Below are positions 30,640 through 41,964 of a stretch of 64,000 bases of DNA, piece by piece. Position 1 is the first letter of the stretch. Each line of letters starts with the position of its first letter. Source of the stretch: an uncultured Acidobacteriota bacterium (GTDB lineage: Bacteria > Acidobacteriota > UBA6911); the NCBI GenBank assembly GCA_963843575.1, contig CAWJKZ010000026.1, positions 126,085-190,084 of the forward strand. The letters are read 5' to 3'. Position numbers and translations under genes: made by a program. Under the pieces are notes generated by a model. It saw only the letters and a list, made by a program, of their open reading frames with translations, was not told the origin of the DNA and ran no database searches.

Positions 30640-31930
30640 ATGGGGATGACGATTGCTGAGAAGATACTGGCCCGGGCCTGCGGCCTGGCTGCCGTGCGGC
30701 CCGGCCAGGTGGTCGAGCCGGCCGTCGACCTCGCGATGTCGCACGAAAATGCGGCGCTCGTGATCAACCAGTTCAACGAGATTTTCCACGGCACCCCGCG
30801 GTGCACCCAGGGTTTGGGATCCCGACCGCATCGCCATTATCTTCGATCACCGGGTCCCCGCCGAAAGCGCCAAGACCGCGACCAACCAGAAGAAGGTGCG
30901 GCAGTTCGTGGCGCGCCAAGGGATTGCGAAATTTCACGACATCCGGGGGGACGAGGGAGGGATCTGCCACCAGGTCCTGCCCGAAAACGGTTATGTCCGG
31001 CCGGGTGCGGTCGTGGTCGGGACCGACAGCCACACCACGACTCACGGAGCACTGGGGGCTTTCGCCTTCGGCATCGGTGCCACCGAGATGGCCAGCGTCT
31101 GGACGCTCGGCACCATACTGAACCTCGATGTCCCTTGCACCATCAAGGTGATCGTGCGGGGCCGGTTCGGAAAGTACGTTTCGGCGAAGGACCTTGTGTT
31201 GCACCTGATCGGGAAGCTCTCGGCCCAGGGAGCCAATTTCAAGGTGCTGGAATTCCACGGGGACGCCATCCGGGCCATGTCGACATCGAGCCGGCTCGTG
31301 CTCAGCAACATGGCGGTCGAGGCCGGAGCCACCTCCGGGATCGTCCCTGCCGATGCCGAGACGTTGCGCTACCTCCGTGAGGAAGCCCATGTCGAGGGGG
31401 ACATCCCGCTGGTCGCCGCCGATCCGGACGCGGAGTACGACAGCGTGGTGGAGATCGACGCCGCGATGCTCCCGCCGCAGGTCGCGCGCCCGCATACCGT
31501 CGACAACGTCGTCCCCGTACAGGAGGTGCAGGGAACCCCGGTCGACCAGATCGTCATCGGTTCGTGCACGAATGGCCGCCTCGACGACCTCGCCGCCGCC
31601 GCCAACCTGCTCCGGGGCCGGAAGATATCCGCCCGCGTGCGCATGCTCGTGTTCCCGGCATCGTGGAAGGTCTACCGCGAAGCCATGGAACAGGGCCATC
31701 TGAAGACGCTCATGGAGGCGGGGGCGGTGATCATGAACCCCGGCTGCGGTTGTTGTCTCGGCGTGCACCAGGGAGCCCTGGCCGACGGCGACGTGGCCCT
31801 GTCGACGACCAATCGCAATTTCCAGGGCCGCATGGGCAATCCGAAATCCGAGGTCTACCTCTGCTCGCCCGAAGTTGCTGCGGCCAGCGCCATCACCGGC
31901 ACCATCAGCGATCCGAGGCACCAGCCATGA
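30640..31930 (+). CDS. LeuC/HacA/DmdA-type aconitase-family large subunit (apparent frameshift near 30795-30810)
   Basis: TIAEKI, FDH, GICHQ, DSHT, GSCTNGR, STTNRNF.GRMG. Confidence 0.88.
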
Positions 31931-32466
31931 CTCAGGCACACGAGAAACCCGACAACGAGAACAAGGCCAGCCTGAATGCCCGCGTGGTGTTCGTGCTTGG
32001 GGACGACATCTCCACGGACGTCATCTACCCCGGACGGTACATGGCTACGGTGCTGCCGTCGGAAACGCCGGCCTTTGCGTTTGCCGACCACCCCGGCTTC
32101 AACGAGCGGCTGCTGCGACGGGAGGTGGCGCCCAATGGCGTCGTTCTGGCAGGCAGGAACTTCGGCTGCGGCTCTTCCCGCGAGCAGGCCGCTTCGGCGC
32201 TGCGAGGGCACAGCCTGATCGTGGTGGCCCAGGGCTTTGCGCGCATCTTCCTGCAGAACGCGGTCAACCTCGGGCTGCGCGCCATCACCTGCCCGGCTAT
32301 CGAGGCCTCCGAAGGCGACGAGCTGGAAATCGCTTCCGACAGCGTCTTGAACCGGTCCACCGGCAGACGATACGCCGTAGAGCCCCTCCCGCCCGCGCGT
32401 CAGGCCATCATGGACACCGGCGGTCTCATAGCCTATACCCGCAGGAGACTCCTCGAACGCGGCTGA
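31927..32466 (+). CDS. LeuD/HacB/DmdB-type small subunit
   Basis: GDDISTDVIYP, NFGCGSSRE, FARIF..NAVNLG. Confidence 0.88.
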   Translation: MTQAHEKPDNENKASLNARVVFVLGDDISTDVIYPGRYMATVLPSETPAFAFADHPGFNERLLRREVAPNGVVLAGRNFGCGSSREQAASALRGHSLIVVAQGFARIFLQNAVNLGLRAITCPAIEASEGDELEIASDSVLNRSTGRRYAVEPLPPARQAIMDTGGLIAYTRRRLLERG

Positions 32467-32548
32467 CGCGACCGGTCTCGATGCCGGGCGCTTGTCGGCG
32501 CGCGCAGCTTTATTCGTTTCCCGGCCGTGCTTCGCATACAATTCACAG

Positions 32549-33511
32549 ATGCGGGTCCTCACGATTGCGGCGGCGACGCTCATCCTTCTGGCGCTGGCGG
32601 CTGCGTCCATTTCCGGCCAGGAGCCGATCCGGGTACGCACCGCGCTCGTCAGCGTCCCGACGATCGTCTCAGACCCGGAGGGACGCCATGTCCCCGGCTT
32701 GCAGGCGAGGGATTTCGCTGTGTACGACGACGGCGTCCTCCGGAAGATCGAGTTCTTCGCGGCCATGGATGAACCGCTCAATGTCGCGCTGCTGATGGAC
32801 ACGAGCAAGAGCACGGTAGCTGTGCTGAGCCGGATCAGGAAGGCAGGACTGAAGTTCGTGCGGAAGCTCCGCCCCCACGACCGCGCCCTGGTCGCCTCCT
32901 TCGACGCTTCCGTCAGGGTCCTGTGCCCTCTCACCGACGACCGCGGCGATCTCGAGGAGGCGATCCGTGAGGCGAAGCCCGGCGAGTACGTCGGGACGAA
33001 GTTGCGCGACGCCGTCGTTACGATCGCCGGCACCCGGCTCAAGACGATTCTCGGGAGGAAGGCGGTGATACTCCTCACCGACGGCCAGGACTTCGGCAGC
33101 GAGTCTTCCCCGGAGCAGGCGGTGGCGTCAGTCACGGATGCCGGCGTGGTCGTGTACACGGTGCTTTACTCCATCGACCCGCGCGCAACGATGAAGAAGC
33201 TGTTCGGAGTTTCCCCGAGAGTCTCCCCGCGTGGCGCCGGGCCAGGGCGCGACTGGGTGGAGCGCGAACAGAAGGCGGCCGAACTGATGGAAGGGCTGTC
33301 GCGCGAGTCCGCGGGGCGGTTGTACCGAGTCGAGGTGACCGATCTGGACAAGGCGTTTGGGCTGGTGGCGGAAGAACTGCGGCACCAGTACCAGCTGGCA
33401 TTTTATCCCGACCCCTCCAGGTTCGACGGCAACCCTCACGAACTCCGCGTCGAGGTGTCACGCCCCGGGGCGCAGGTGCGCAGCCGGTTCAACTATCGCG
33501 TGACCTCGTAA
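32549..33511 (+). CDS. VWA domain protein (Acidobacterial type)
   Basis: Signal peptide, DTSKS, TKLRDA, TDGQD, ELRHQY. Confidence 0.87.
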   Translation: MRVLTIAAATLILLALAAASISGQEPIRVRTALVSVPTIVSDPEGRHVPGLQARDFAVYDDGVLRKIEFFAAMDEPLNVALLMDTSKSTVAVLSRIRKAGLKFVRKLRPHDRALVASFDASVRVLCPLTDDRGDLEEAIREAKPGEYVGTKLRDAVVTIAGTRLKTILGRKAVILLTDGQDFGSESSPEQAVASVTDAGVVVYTVLYSIDPRATMKKLFGVSPRVSPRGAGPGRDWVEREQKAAELMEGLSRESAGRLYRVEVTDLDKAFGLVAEELRHQYQLAFYPDPSRFDGNPHELRVEVSRPGAQVRSRFNYRVTS

Positions 33512-33784
33512 CCGGGGAGCCGGATTCCCCCGCGGCGCCCGGTTACGAGGATGTCGCTCACGCGATCAGAAGAAACACTTCGCGGTAAACATATACCTCC
33601 GCCCAAACGCGTCGACCTGTCCCGGGTTCATGAACAGGAACAGGTTGGTGTCTGAGGTGACCACGTTTATGGGCGCCGTCATGTCGAGGCTTCGTGCGAG
33701 CGGGGTAGCCGGTCTGGCGGGAGTAGCGACAGCGTAGTAAGATGACATTTCCCCGGAGTTTGCCGGGTCCAGGAGGCGAAGCCG

Positions 33785-36652
33785 ATGGTCCAGGATCTTT
33801 TCCACGCGCTCAAAGACGTTCCCGGCCGGCTCAGGCCGCTCGGCCGGGTACTACTCTCTCCCGGAGCTCGAGCGGCAGGGACTCGGGCCCGTTTCCAGGC
33901 TCCCGGTGTGCCTGCGCATCGTGCTCGAATCGGTGCTGCGCCACGCCGACGGCAGGAAGATCGGGGAGAAGGAGGTCCGTCAGCTGGTCAGCTGGGCGCC
34001 GCGGGCCGAAAGGACCGAGGAGATCCCCTTCACGGTGGCCCGGATTCTGCTGCAGGACTTCACGGGTGTGCCGCTACTCGTCGATCTGGCGGCGATGCGT
34101 TCGGCAGTGCGCCGGCTCGGGCGGGAGCCTCGCATGATAGAGCCGCTGGTCCCGGTCGACCTGGTCATCGACCACTCGGTTCAGGTCGACTTCTCAGGTG
34201 CCAGCGATGCGTTGCTGCGAAACATGGAGATGGAGTTCAAGCGCAATCGGGCGCGCTACCAGTTCCTGAAATGGGGCATGCAGTCTTTCAGCAGCTTCAG
34301 CGTCATCCCTCCCGGCATCGGCATCTGCCACCAGGTCAACCTGGAGTACCTCGCAAAGGTGGTGCAGGAGCGTGATGGGGTGTGCTTCCCGGATACGCTG
34401 GTGGGCACCGATTCCCACACCACCATGATCAACGGCCTCGGAGTCGTCGGTTGGGGCGTGGGCGGCATCGAGGCAGAGGCGGGCATGCTCGGCCAGCCTG
34501 TTTACTTCCTGACCCCCGACGTGGTCGGGCGTGCACATGCATGGCACACTGCGAGAAGGCGGACCCAGCCACCGACCTCGTCCTGCACGTGACTGAAATG
34601 CTCCGCAAGGCGAAGGTCGTCGGAAAGTTCGTGGAATTCCACGGTGCCGGGGCCTCTTCGCTTTCCGCGACCGATCGCGCGACGGTGGCCAACATGGCCC
34701 CGGAGTACGGCGCCACGATGGGGTTTTTCCCCGTCGACGAGGAAACCTGCACCTACCTGCGCGCGACGGGCCGCTCCGAGGCGCAGGTCGACCTGGTGCG
34801 CGCGTACTTCACCGCCCAGGGGATGTTCGGCATCCCCGGCAGCGGTCAGTGCGAGTACAGCACACTCCTGGATCTCGATCTGAACACCGTGCGACCTGCG
34901 GTCGCAGGCCCGAAGCGCCCGCAGGACCGCATCGAACTGGACAGTCTCAAGCGGCTCTTCGGACAGTTACTGGAGAAGCCAATCGCCCAGGGCGGCTACG
35001 GCAAGAGCGCAGATGACTCGAGCAGACGGTACGATGCAGGGATTGGTCCGAGCGGCGGTTTCCCGGATGCCCCCTTGCCCGGAGGCGGCCGGCAGGATCC
35101 CGAATCGGCTCCCGCCGGTTCGCGCGACGTCAGTGCGAAGAACACCAGCACGTGGACCGAGACCGAGATGATCAACAACCGGCCCACGGCGGACCGCGAG
35201 TTGCCCGGATACAACCTGCCGGACGGGCGGCTGAACCTCGGGCACGGCGACATCGTGATCGCGGCCATCACCTCGTGCACCAATACCTCCAATCCCAGCG
35301 TGATGATCGCGGCCGGTCTCCTCGCCAAGAAAGCGGTCGGGAGGGGGCTTACGGTGGGACGGGCGGTGAAGGCTTCACTGGCGCCGGGCTCGCGCGTCGT
35401 CACCGAGTACCTGGAACGTACGGGCTTGCAGCGCTACCTCGACCAGCTCGGGTTCAACCTGGTCGGCTACGGCTGCACGACCTGCATTGGCAACTCGGGT
35501 CCCCTCGATCCCCGGATAGAGGACGTCATCACGCGCTACGACCTGGTCACTGCGAGTGTTCTCAGCGGGAACCGCAACTTCGAGGCGCGCGTACACCAGT
35601 CGGTGAAGGCCAACTTCCTGATGAGCCCGCCGCTGGTGGTCGCGTTCGCCATCGCCGGACACGTGGGCGTCAACCTCGCCGACGAGCCTCTGGGCGTGGG
35701 AAAGGAGGGTCGCGACGTCTACCTGCGCGACATCTGGCCTACGATGCAGGAAGTCGGCGATCTGATGAAATTCGCCTTTGATCCGGGCACCTACAGGAGA
35801 CTCTACGGAGATTTTAAGGATCAGAATCCGCTTTGGAACGAGATCCCCAGCACCGCCGGGGACGTCTACGAGTGGGAGCCGGAGTCGACCTACATACAGG
35901 AACCGCCGTACTTCGAGGGATTCCGCATGCAGCCCGGCCAATTCTCGGAGCTGCGCGGCGCGCGTGCCCTGGCGCTCTTTGGCGATTCCGTCACCACCGA
36001 TCACATCAGCCCGGCGGGTGCTATCAAACCTACGTCCCCTGCCGGCGCGTACCTGCAGACGCGGGGTGTGCCTGTCGTGGATTTCAACTCGTACGGCGCG
36101 CGCCGCGGCAACCACGAGGTCATGGTGCGCGGCACCTTCGCCAACGTCCGGATCAAAAACCTGATGGTGCCCGGCGTCGAGGGTGGCGTCACCGTTCACC
36201 AGCCGACCGGCGAGCCCATGGCGATCTACGACGCGGCCATGAGATACTATGGCTCCGGCACACCCCTGATCATCATCGCGGGACAGGAATACGGAACCGG
36301 CAGTTCGCGGGACTGGGCCGCGAAGGGGACCCGGCTCCTCGGCGTACGGGCCGTGGTCGCGCAGAGTTTCGAACGAATACATCGGAGTAATCTGGTTGGT
36401 ATGGGTGTGCTCCCGTGCCAGTTAAGGGAGGGGGTAAGCGCCCAAACCCTGGGCCTGGACGGGACCGAAATATTCGACCTGGTCGGTTTTGCCCAGCGGA
36501 TTCAACCGCGCCAGGATGCGAAGCTCGTCATCCACCGCCGGGGCGGCATCGAGGATGTCCCGGTCGTGATCCGCATCGATACGCCCGTTGAGGTGGACTA
36601 TTACCAACACGGGGGGATATTGCCTTACGTGCTCCGCCAGCTGCTTTCCTAA
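33785..36652 (+). CDS. acnA: Aconitate hydratase A (apparent frameshifts near 33812 and 34528-34570)
   Basis: [58 protein letters not shown]. Confidence 0.93.
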
Positions 36653-36784
36653 CCGGGGCACACCTGAACCTCTGCGGCCGGGGCGGCCGCAGCCGCACTC
36701 GCCGATCCTTTGATGTCTCGAGCAGGCGCTATCCGCGCGGCGGTGCTTCGGGGCGAACCTCCCTGATCGGGCTTTCTGGCGTTT

Positions 36785-37192
36785 TTGCCGCTTATTCCGA
36801 AATCCTGCCGCTATCGGGTCCCGATCATGGTTACGGAAACCAGCGCATACGGGTCGGAGAAAGCCAGGCTCGGCTGGCTGGAACGCTCGGTCCAGGCGAT
36901 CAAGGAATTGCGTTCCGAAGGAGTCCCTGTACTCGGGTATACTTGGTTCCCGATGTTCACGATGATCGATTGGCGTTACCGGTTTGGTCGGGGCCCGATC
37001 GAGAAGTACCGCATGGAGCTTGGCCTGTTTAAGATGGGCGACGCCTCCTCCGGGCAGCGTTGGGACGCCACCCCGCTGGTCGACCGCATGAGGGACTGCG
37101 TGGCCGACCCGGGCCGGCACGTCGGGGAAATGCTCCCGGTCGCCGGGCGACCCGTCGAGGATGGCGCGGAAGAGGCTGGCACGAGGATCTGA
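36785..37192 (+). pseudogene. Glycoside hydrolase family 1 C-terminal remnant
   Basis: RYRVPIMVTET (nucleophile-like), GVPVLGYTWFP...DW. The N-terminal two-thirds are absent. Confidence 0.65.
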
Positions 37193-37194
37193 TC

Positions 37195-37359
37195 ATGGAG
37201 AAGCGGGAGATCAGGCTCAAAGACGGACGCTACATGGTCTTCTACACCTTCGAGGATGAACCGCCCGAGTCGGTTCCCCCGCTCCCCAGGGACACCGACG
37301 AGGCGCATGCACGCGCGGACGTACGGGGCGGCAAGGCGCCGGTGAAGCGCGATGAGTGA
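37195..37359 (+). CDS. Small hypothetical protein (LKDGRYMVFYTF) overlapping galT
   Basis: RBS and ATG. Its stop overlaps the galT start. Confidence 0.5.
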   Translation: MEKREIRLKDGRYMVFYTFEDEPPESVPPLPRDTDEAHARADVRGGKAPVKRDE

Positions 37360-38356
37360 ATTGCGCTGGAACCCGCTGCTCGGCGAATGGGTGGCTACCG
37401 CGACGCATCGCCAGGAGCGAACCTTCCTCCCGCCGGCGGACTTCTGTCCCTTCTGCCCGACGGCGCCGGGCGGGTTTCCGACCGAGGTGCCGGAGAGTGC
37501 GTACGACATCGTGGTGTTTGAAAACCAGTTCCCCAGTCTGCGCCCCAACCCGGAGCCCCCGAGTATCGACGGGAACGACCTGACGCCGGTGCGCCCTGCA
37601 CGCGGCGTGTGTGAGGTCGTCTTGTATGCCCCGCGCCACACCTCGACGCTGGCGCAAGAGCCCGTCGAACAAATCCACAAACTTATCCGGGTCTGGTCGG
37701 ACCGCTTCGAGTGCCTCGGCTCCCTTGACTATGTCGATTACGTCTTCATTTTCGAGAACAAGGGCGAGGCGATCGGGGTGACGCTGCACCATCCCCACGG
37801 TCAGATCTACGCATATCCTTTCGTCCCGCCGCGCATCCAGCAGGAACTCTCCCAAACGCGCGCGTACTGGGACCGGCACCGGGCGTGCCTGCTGTGCGAC
37901 ATTCTCCGGCAGGAGCGCGCCGACGGGCAGCGCCTCATCCTGGAGAACCGCTCTTTCGCCGCCTACATACCTTTTTTCGCGCGCTGGCCTTACGAAGTCC
38001 ACGTGGTCCCGAACCGGCACGTCCAGGCCATCACCGATCTGACACCCGGCGAACGGCGCGACCTCGCCTCCATCCTGAAGTCGCTCCTGGTCGCCTACGA
38101 CCGGCTCTTCAATGCTCCTTTCCCTTACATGATGGTCATGCACCAGCGCCCCACCGATGGGGGCGATTACGGGCACTACCACTTTCACATCGAGTTTTAT
38201 CCCCCGCTTCGATCCGCCAACCGGCTGAAGTACCTCGCAGGGAGCGAGACAGGGGCGGGCATGTTCATCAACGACACGCTGGCCGAGCAGAAAGCGGCGG
38301 AGCTGCGCGCCCTGGTTGCTCCAGCCGACTGGTCGAGCGGAGGACGACGTGAGTGA
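37352..38356 (+). CDS. galT: Galactose-1-phosphate uridylyltransferase
   Basis: RWNPLLGEWV, CPFCP, FENKG, HPHGQ catalytic motif. Confidence 0.95.
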   Translation: MSELRWNPLLGEWVATATHRQERTFLPPADFCPFCPTAPGGFPTEVPESAYDIVVFENQFPSLRPNPEPPSIDGNDLTPVRPARGVCEVVLYAPRHTSTLAQEPVEQIHKLIRVWSDRFECLGSLDYVDYVFIFENKGEAIGVTLHHPHGQIYAYPFVPPRIQQELSQTRAYWDRHRACLLCDILRQERADGQRLILENRSFAAYIPFFARWPYEVHVVPNRHVQAITDLTPGERRDLASILKSLLVAYDRLFNAPFPYMMVMHQRPTDGGDYGHYHFHIEFYPPLRSANRLKYLAGSETGAGMFINDTLAEQKAAELRALVAPADWSSGGRRE

Positions 38357-39518
38357 TGCCGAGAGGGTGAGTTGCCTCTTCCGGGAACTCTTCGGCGCGG
38401 AACCCAGGATTTTTCGGGCGCCCGGCAGGGTAAACCTCATTGGGGAACACACCGACTACAATGAGGGTTTCGTCCTGCCGATGGCCATCCACCGGGGGAC
38501 CACGGTGGCTGCCGCGCGTCGCGGCGATCGCACCGTCCGTGTGCACTCGATCAACCTGCGGGAGACCGCCGAATTCGATCTCGACAAACCCGGCACCACT
38601 CGGCGTGGAATCTGGCTGGACTACGTCGAGGGCATGGCCCAGGCGCTGCTGGGTGCGGGTGCCGCGCTTTCCGGGGCGGACCTGGTGCTCTCGAGCGACG
38701 TGTCGATCGGCGGTGGCCTCTCGTCTTCGGCCGCCCTGGAAATCTCGGTCGGAGCCGCGCTGCTCGCGGTCTCAGGGACGAAGCTCGACAAGGTTCAGCT
38801 TGCGCTCGCAGGGCAAAAGGCGGAGCACACCTATGTCGGCGCCAAGACCGGGATCATGGATCAGTTCATCGCGGCGCTGGGCAAGGCAGACCATGCGCTG
38901 CTGATCGACTGCCGCACCCTCGAGGCGGCGCTCATTCCCCTGAACCTGGCGGGGACGGCCGTCGTAGTCTGTGATTCGCGGGTGCGTCACAGCCTGGCGT
39001 CGACGGAGTACAATACCCGTCGTGGGGAGTGCGAGCAGGGAGTCGAACTGCTCCGGCGCGCGCTCCCGGGCATCCGCTCGTTGCGCGACGTCACTGCGGA
39101 ACAGTTCCGGCGCTGCGAGGAGAACCTGCCCGAGCCGGTGCGGCGGCGCTGCCGCCACGTCGTCACCGAGAATGAACGAACCCTCGCCGCGGCGAAGGCC
39201 CTCAAATCCGGCAACCCGGTCGAAATGGGGCATCTGATGTCCGATTCGCACCGGTCGCTGCGGGACGACTACCAGGTGAGCTGCATCGAACTCGACCGGC
39301 TCGTCGAGAGCGCCCTTGCCGTCCCGGGCGTGTACGGCGCGCGCATGACCGGGGGCGGCTTCGGCGGGTGCACCGTGAACCTCGTTCCCCGCGCGGCTCT
39401 CCAACGATTTCAGGAGACCGTAGCGCAGGATTACCTGACCGCCACTGGCCTCGCTCCCGCCATTTTCCCCGCCGAAGCGAGTGACGGTGCGTCGGAAATC
39501 ACCCCCCCGAGGAAGTAG
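38349..39518 (+). CDS. galK: Galactokinase
   Basis: APGRVNLIGEHTDYNEG, GLSSSAA, GIMDQ, GARMTGGGFGG. Confidence 0.96.
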   Translation: MSDAERVSCLFRELFGAEPRIFRAPGRVNLIGEHTDYNEGFVLPMAIHRGTTVAAARRGDRTVRVHSINLRETAEFDLDKPGTTRRGIWLDYVEGMAQALLGAGAALSGADLVLSSDVSIGGGLSSSAALEISVGAALLAVSGTKLDKVQLALAGQKAEHTYVGAKTGIMDQFIAALGKADHALLIDCRTLEAALIPLNLAGTAVVVCDSRVRHSLASTEYNTRRGECEQGVELLRRALPGIRSLRDVTAEQFRRCEENLPEPVRRRCRHVVTENERTLAAAKALKSGNPVEMGHLMSDSHRSLRDDYQVSCIELDRLVESALAVPGVYGARMTGGGFGGCTVNLVPRAALQRFQETVAQDYLTATGLAPAIFPAEASDGASEITPPRK

Positions 39519-39548
39519 GCACCCGCGTGCAATTCCCGGAGGTCCCCA

Positions 39549-40535
39549 GTGGTCCGGACTCCCAGACCCAAAGCCCGGAAAAAGCCCGCACCCCGCACAC
39601 GCGCCGCCTCGGCCGACGATCTCATCCCGCGCGGCACAAACAGCGCGACGGTCGAAATCGACAACCGAACCGTACGGCTGACCAACCTGCTCAAGCCGTT
39701 CTGGCCCGAGCTCGGATTGACCAAGGGCGACCTCCTGCGCTACTACGCGCGCATCGCCCCCGCCCTCGTCCCGCACCTGCGCGACCGGGCCATGGTGATG
39801 AAGCGCTACCCTAACGGCGCGGACGGTCCTCATTTTTTCATGAAGCGAATTCCCACTCCGCATCCCGAGTGGATCCGCACCTGCTCTATCGAACACGATT
39901 CGGGCAATGTCATCGATTTCCCCGTGGTGCAGGACACCGCGTCGCTGCTCTGGATAGTCAACCTCGGGTGCATCGACCTCAACCAGTGGTACGCGACCTG
40001 CGACGACGTAAACCGCCCGGATTACCTCCACTTCGATCTTGACCCGGTTCCGGATGCGGGGTTCGGACGGGTCCTCGAAACCGCGTTGCGGCTGCGCGAG
40101 GCCCTGGTTGCTCTGGGGATGCCGAGCTACCCCAAGACAACCGGTTCCAAAGGGATCCACGTGTACGTCCCGATCGTGCGTGCACCGATGCAGAAGCAGG
40201 TCTGGACCTTTGCCAAGGAGCTCGCCCGGTTTCTGGAATCCCGTCACCCGGACCTCGTCACCGCGGAATACCGGGTAGCCCGCCGTCCGAGAGGCCGCGT
40301 CCTGGTGGATTACAATCAAAACGCCTGGGGACGCACCCTCGCGTCGGTGTATTCCGTCCGGCCACGCCCAAGAGCGACCGTCTCCACCCCCGTGACTTGG
40401 CGCGAGGTCGAGCAAGGGATCCAGATAGACGATTTCCGCATCGACAACGTGCCGGAGCGTGTCGGTCGGCTAGGGGATCTCTGGGCGCCGGTGCTCGCGG
40501 ACGCGGGTCGGTTTTCCCTGGAGAAACTGCTTTGA
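39549..40535 (+). CDS. Stand-alone LigD primase-polymerase domain (NHEJ)
   Basis: KRYPNG, FDLDP, KTTGSKGIHVY, DYNQN...T.ASVYSVR. Confidence 0.9.
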   Translation: MVRTPRPKARKKPAPRTRAASADDLIPRGTNSATVEIDNRTVRLTNLLKPFWPELGLTKGDLLRYYARIAPALVPHLRDRAMVMKRYPNGADGPHFFMKRIPTPHPEWIRTCSIEHDSGNVIDFPVVQDTASLLWIVNLGCIDLNQWYATCDDVNRPDYLHFDLDPVPDAGFGRVLETALRLREALVALGMPSYPKTTGSKGIHVYVPIVRAPMQKQVWTFAKELARFLESRHPDLVTAEYRVARRPRGRVLVDYNQNAWGRTLASVYSVRPRPRATVSTPVTWREVEQGIQIDDFRIDNVPERVGRLGDLWAPVLADAGRFSLEKLL

Positions 40536-40650
40536 GGCGGGATTGGCGTCTGGTGAACCTGCCGATGTCGGCAGCGTCAAGTGGACGGGCTTCAGCCCGC
40601 CCACTTGATCAGCCGTCTCGGGATTTCCGACGCCGCTGTTTGCGTTTGGG

Positions 40651-40914
40651 TTAGACCGTGGTGCGCCGCCCGACGATCACCCGGTAGATCGCCAGGAGCA
40701 CAATAGCTCCCAGGATGGAGATGATCCATCCCGCTCCCCGCGTATCGGGACCGTAGAGGCCCAACGCGCGGCCGATGAATCCGCCAAGCACAGAGCCCGC
40801 GATCCCAAGAAGAATCGTGATGATGAACCCGCCCGGATCACGCCCCGGCATCAACAACTTTGCTATCACCCCGATGATGAGCCCGAATACGATCCAGCCA
40901 AGAATTCCAAACAT
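40651..40914 (-). CDS. GlsB/YeaQ/YmgE family stress membrane protein
   Basis: GWIVFGLIIGVIAKLLMPG...GIAGSVLGG. Confidence 0.92.
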   Translation of the reverse strand: MFGILGWIVFGLIIGVIAKLLMPGRDPGGFIITILLGIAGSVLGGFIGRALGLYGPDTRGAGWIISILGAIVLLAIYRVIVGRRTTV

Positions 40915-40982
40915 CGCTCAGCCTCCTTTGCCTCCTGTGCCCCGCGCCCGCTGAGAGCGGAGGGGGAAACACCGTGCACAGA

Positions 40983-40998
40983 TGCAAGCCCTGTGCCT
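40983..40998 (-). promoter_or_regulatory. Sigma-54 -24/-12 promoter
   Basis: AGGCAC-AGGGC-TTGCA upstream of 40914. Confidence 0.65.
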
Positions 40999-41436
40999 AT
41001 TCCCCCCCTCCTGTAGCCCGCCGGAATACAGACTTTCCACTCCGTGGTGGGAGAGGAGGGCGCCCGGTGCCCCGCGTAGCCTCGATCCGCGAACATCCGT
41101 GTTCCGGTGTTGCTTTTGTCTTTCCCGGCCGGCCTGCACTCGGGCGTCCCGTGGCCGAGCGAGCGTTAGACCCAAAATTGCTCCGGAGAACCAGGCCCAT
41201 AGCCCGGTCGAAGAAGCAACTTTCATGTTGGACATCACGCTGCCCGGGTGGAGCTCGGCTGCGGTTTTTCAGCCGCAGGAAGCCGGACGCGATCTCCAGG
41301 TCGAAGTTGCGGCGCTGCACCCGCGTATCCGATCCGGTCTGGCTTGCCCTGGGAGTGCTCGCCTTCCTGATCCTGGTTACCGTGGTCGGTGCGATTGTGC
41401 GGGGCAACCGCGGCCGGCAGATGCGATAGGCTCGGA

Positions 41437-41739
41437 ATGGCGCGAATGCTGAGAAAAGTCTTCGATTTCCGCGGGCGGGAACTCCGGGTTGCCGTTCTGC
41501 TGTTTGTCCTGTTCTTCCTGATAATCGCGGTGTTTCAGACCAACATGTTCGTGCAGCGACTGGCGAAAGGGATCAGCATCCTCGCTGCCCTTGGACTTGC
41601 CGCACTCGGTTTCGGAATGCGTTTCGTGAGCGTCGCGACTATTACAACCCTCGTCCTGCTCGGCCGGTGCGGTCTTTATGCCTGGCGGCGCTTTTACCGG
41701 ATCAGCCGTGAGAAAGACCGTGACCGTTACGCAGCCTGA
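41437..41739 (+). pseudogene. Internally deleted Npt1/Npt2-like (TLC) nucleotide transporter remnant
   Basis: N-terminal-like FDFRGRELRVAVLLFVLFFLII is joined directly to C-terminal-like NMFVQRLAKG. Confidence 0.5.
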
Positions 41740-41964
41740 CGCGGCGCGCTGAGTACAAAATCCCCGATTTGGACATTCGAGCGGCTGCGCGGGCCGATAC
41801 CGGGGAAGGCCGAGATTTAACTCGGTCCCGAATTGGAGGGACTGGGCAAGGAACTCGAGGAGGAGAAAGCGTCGGCGGCGACGTAGGCTGGTTGCAGGGG
41901 GCAGGGCGAGGCTGCCCCCTGCACGGATGGACGGGAAGAGCCCGCCGCGGGTCGAGGGGAAGGC

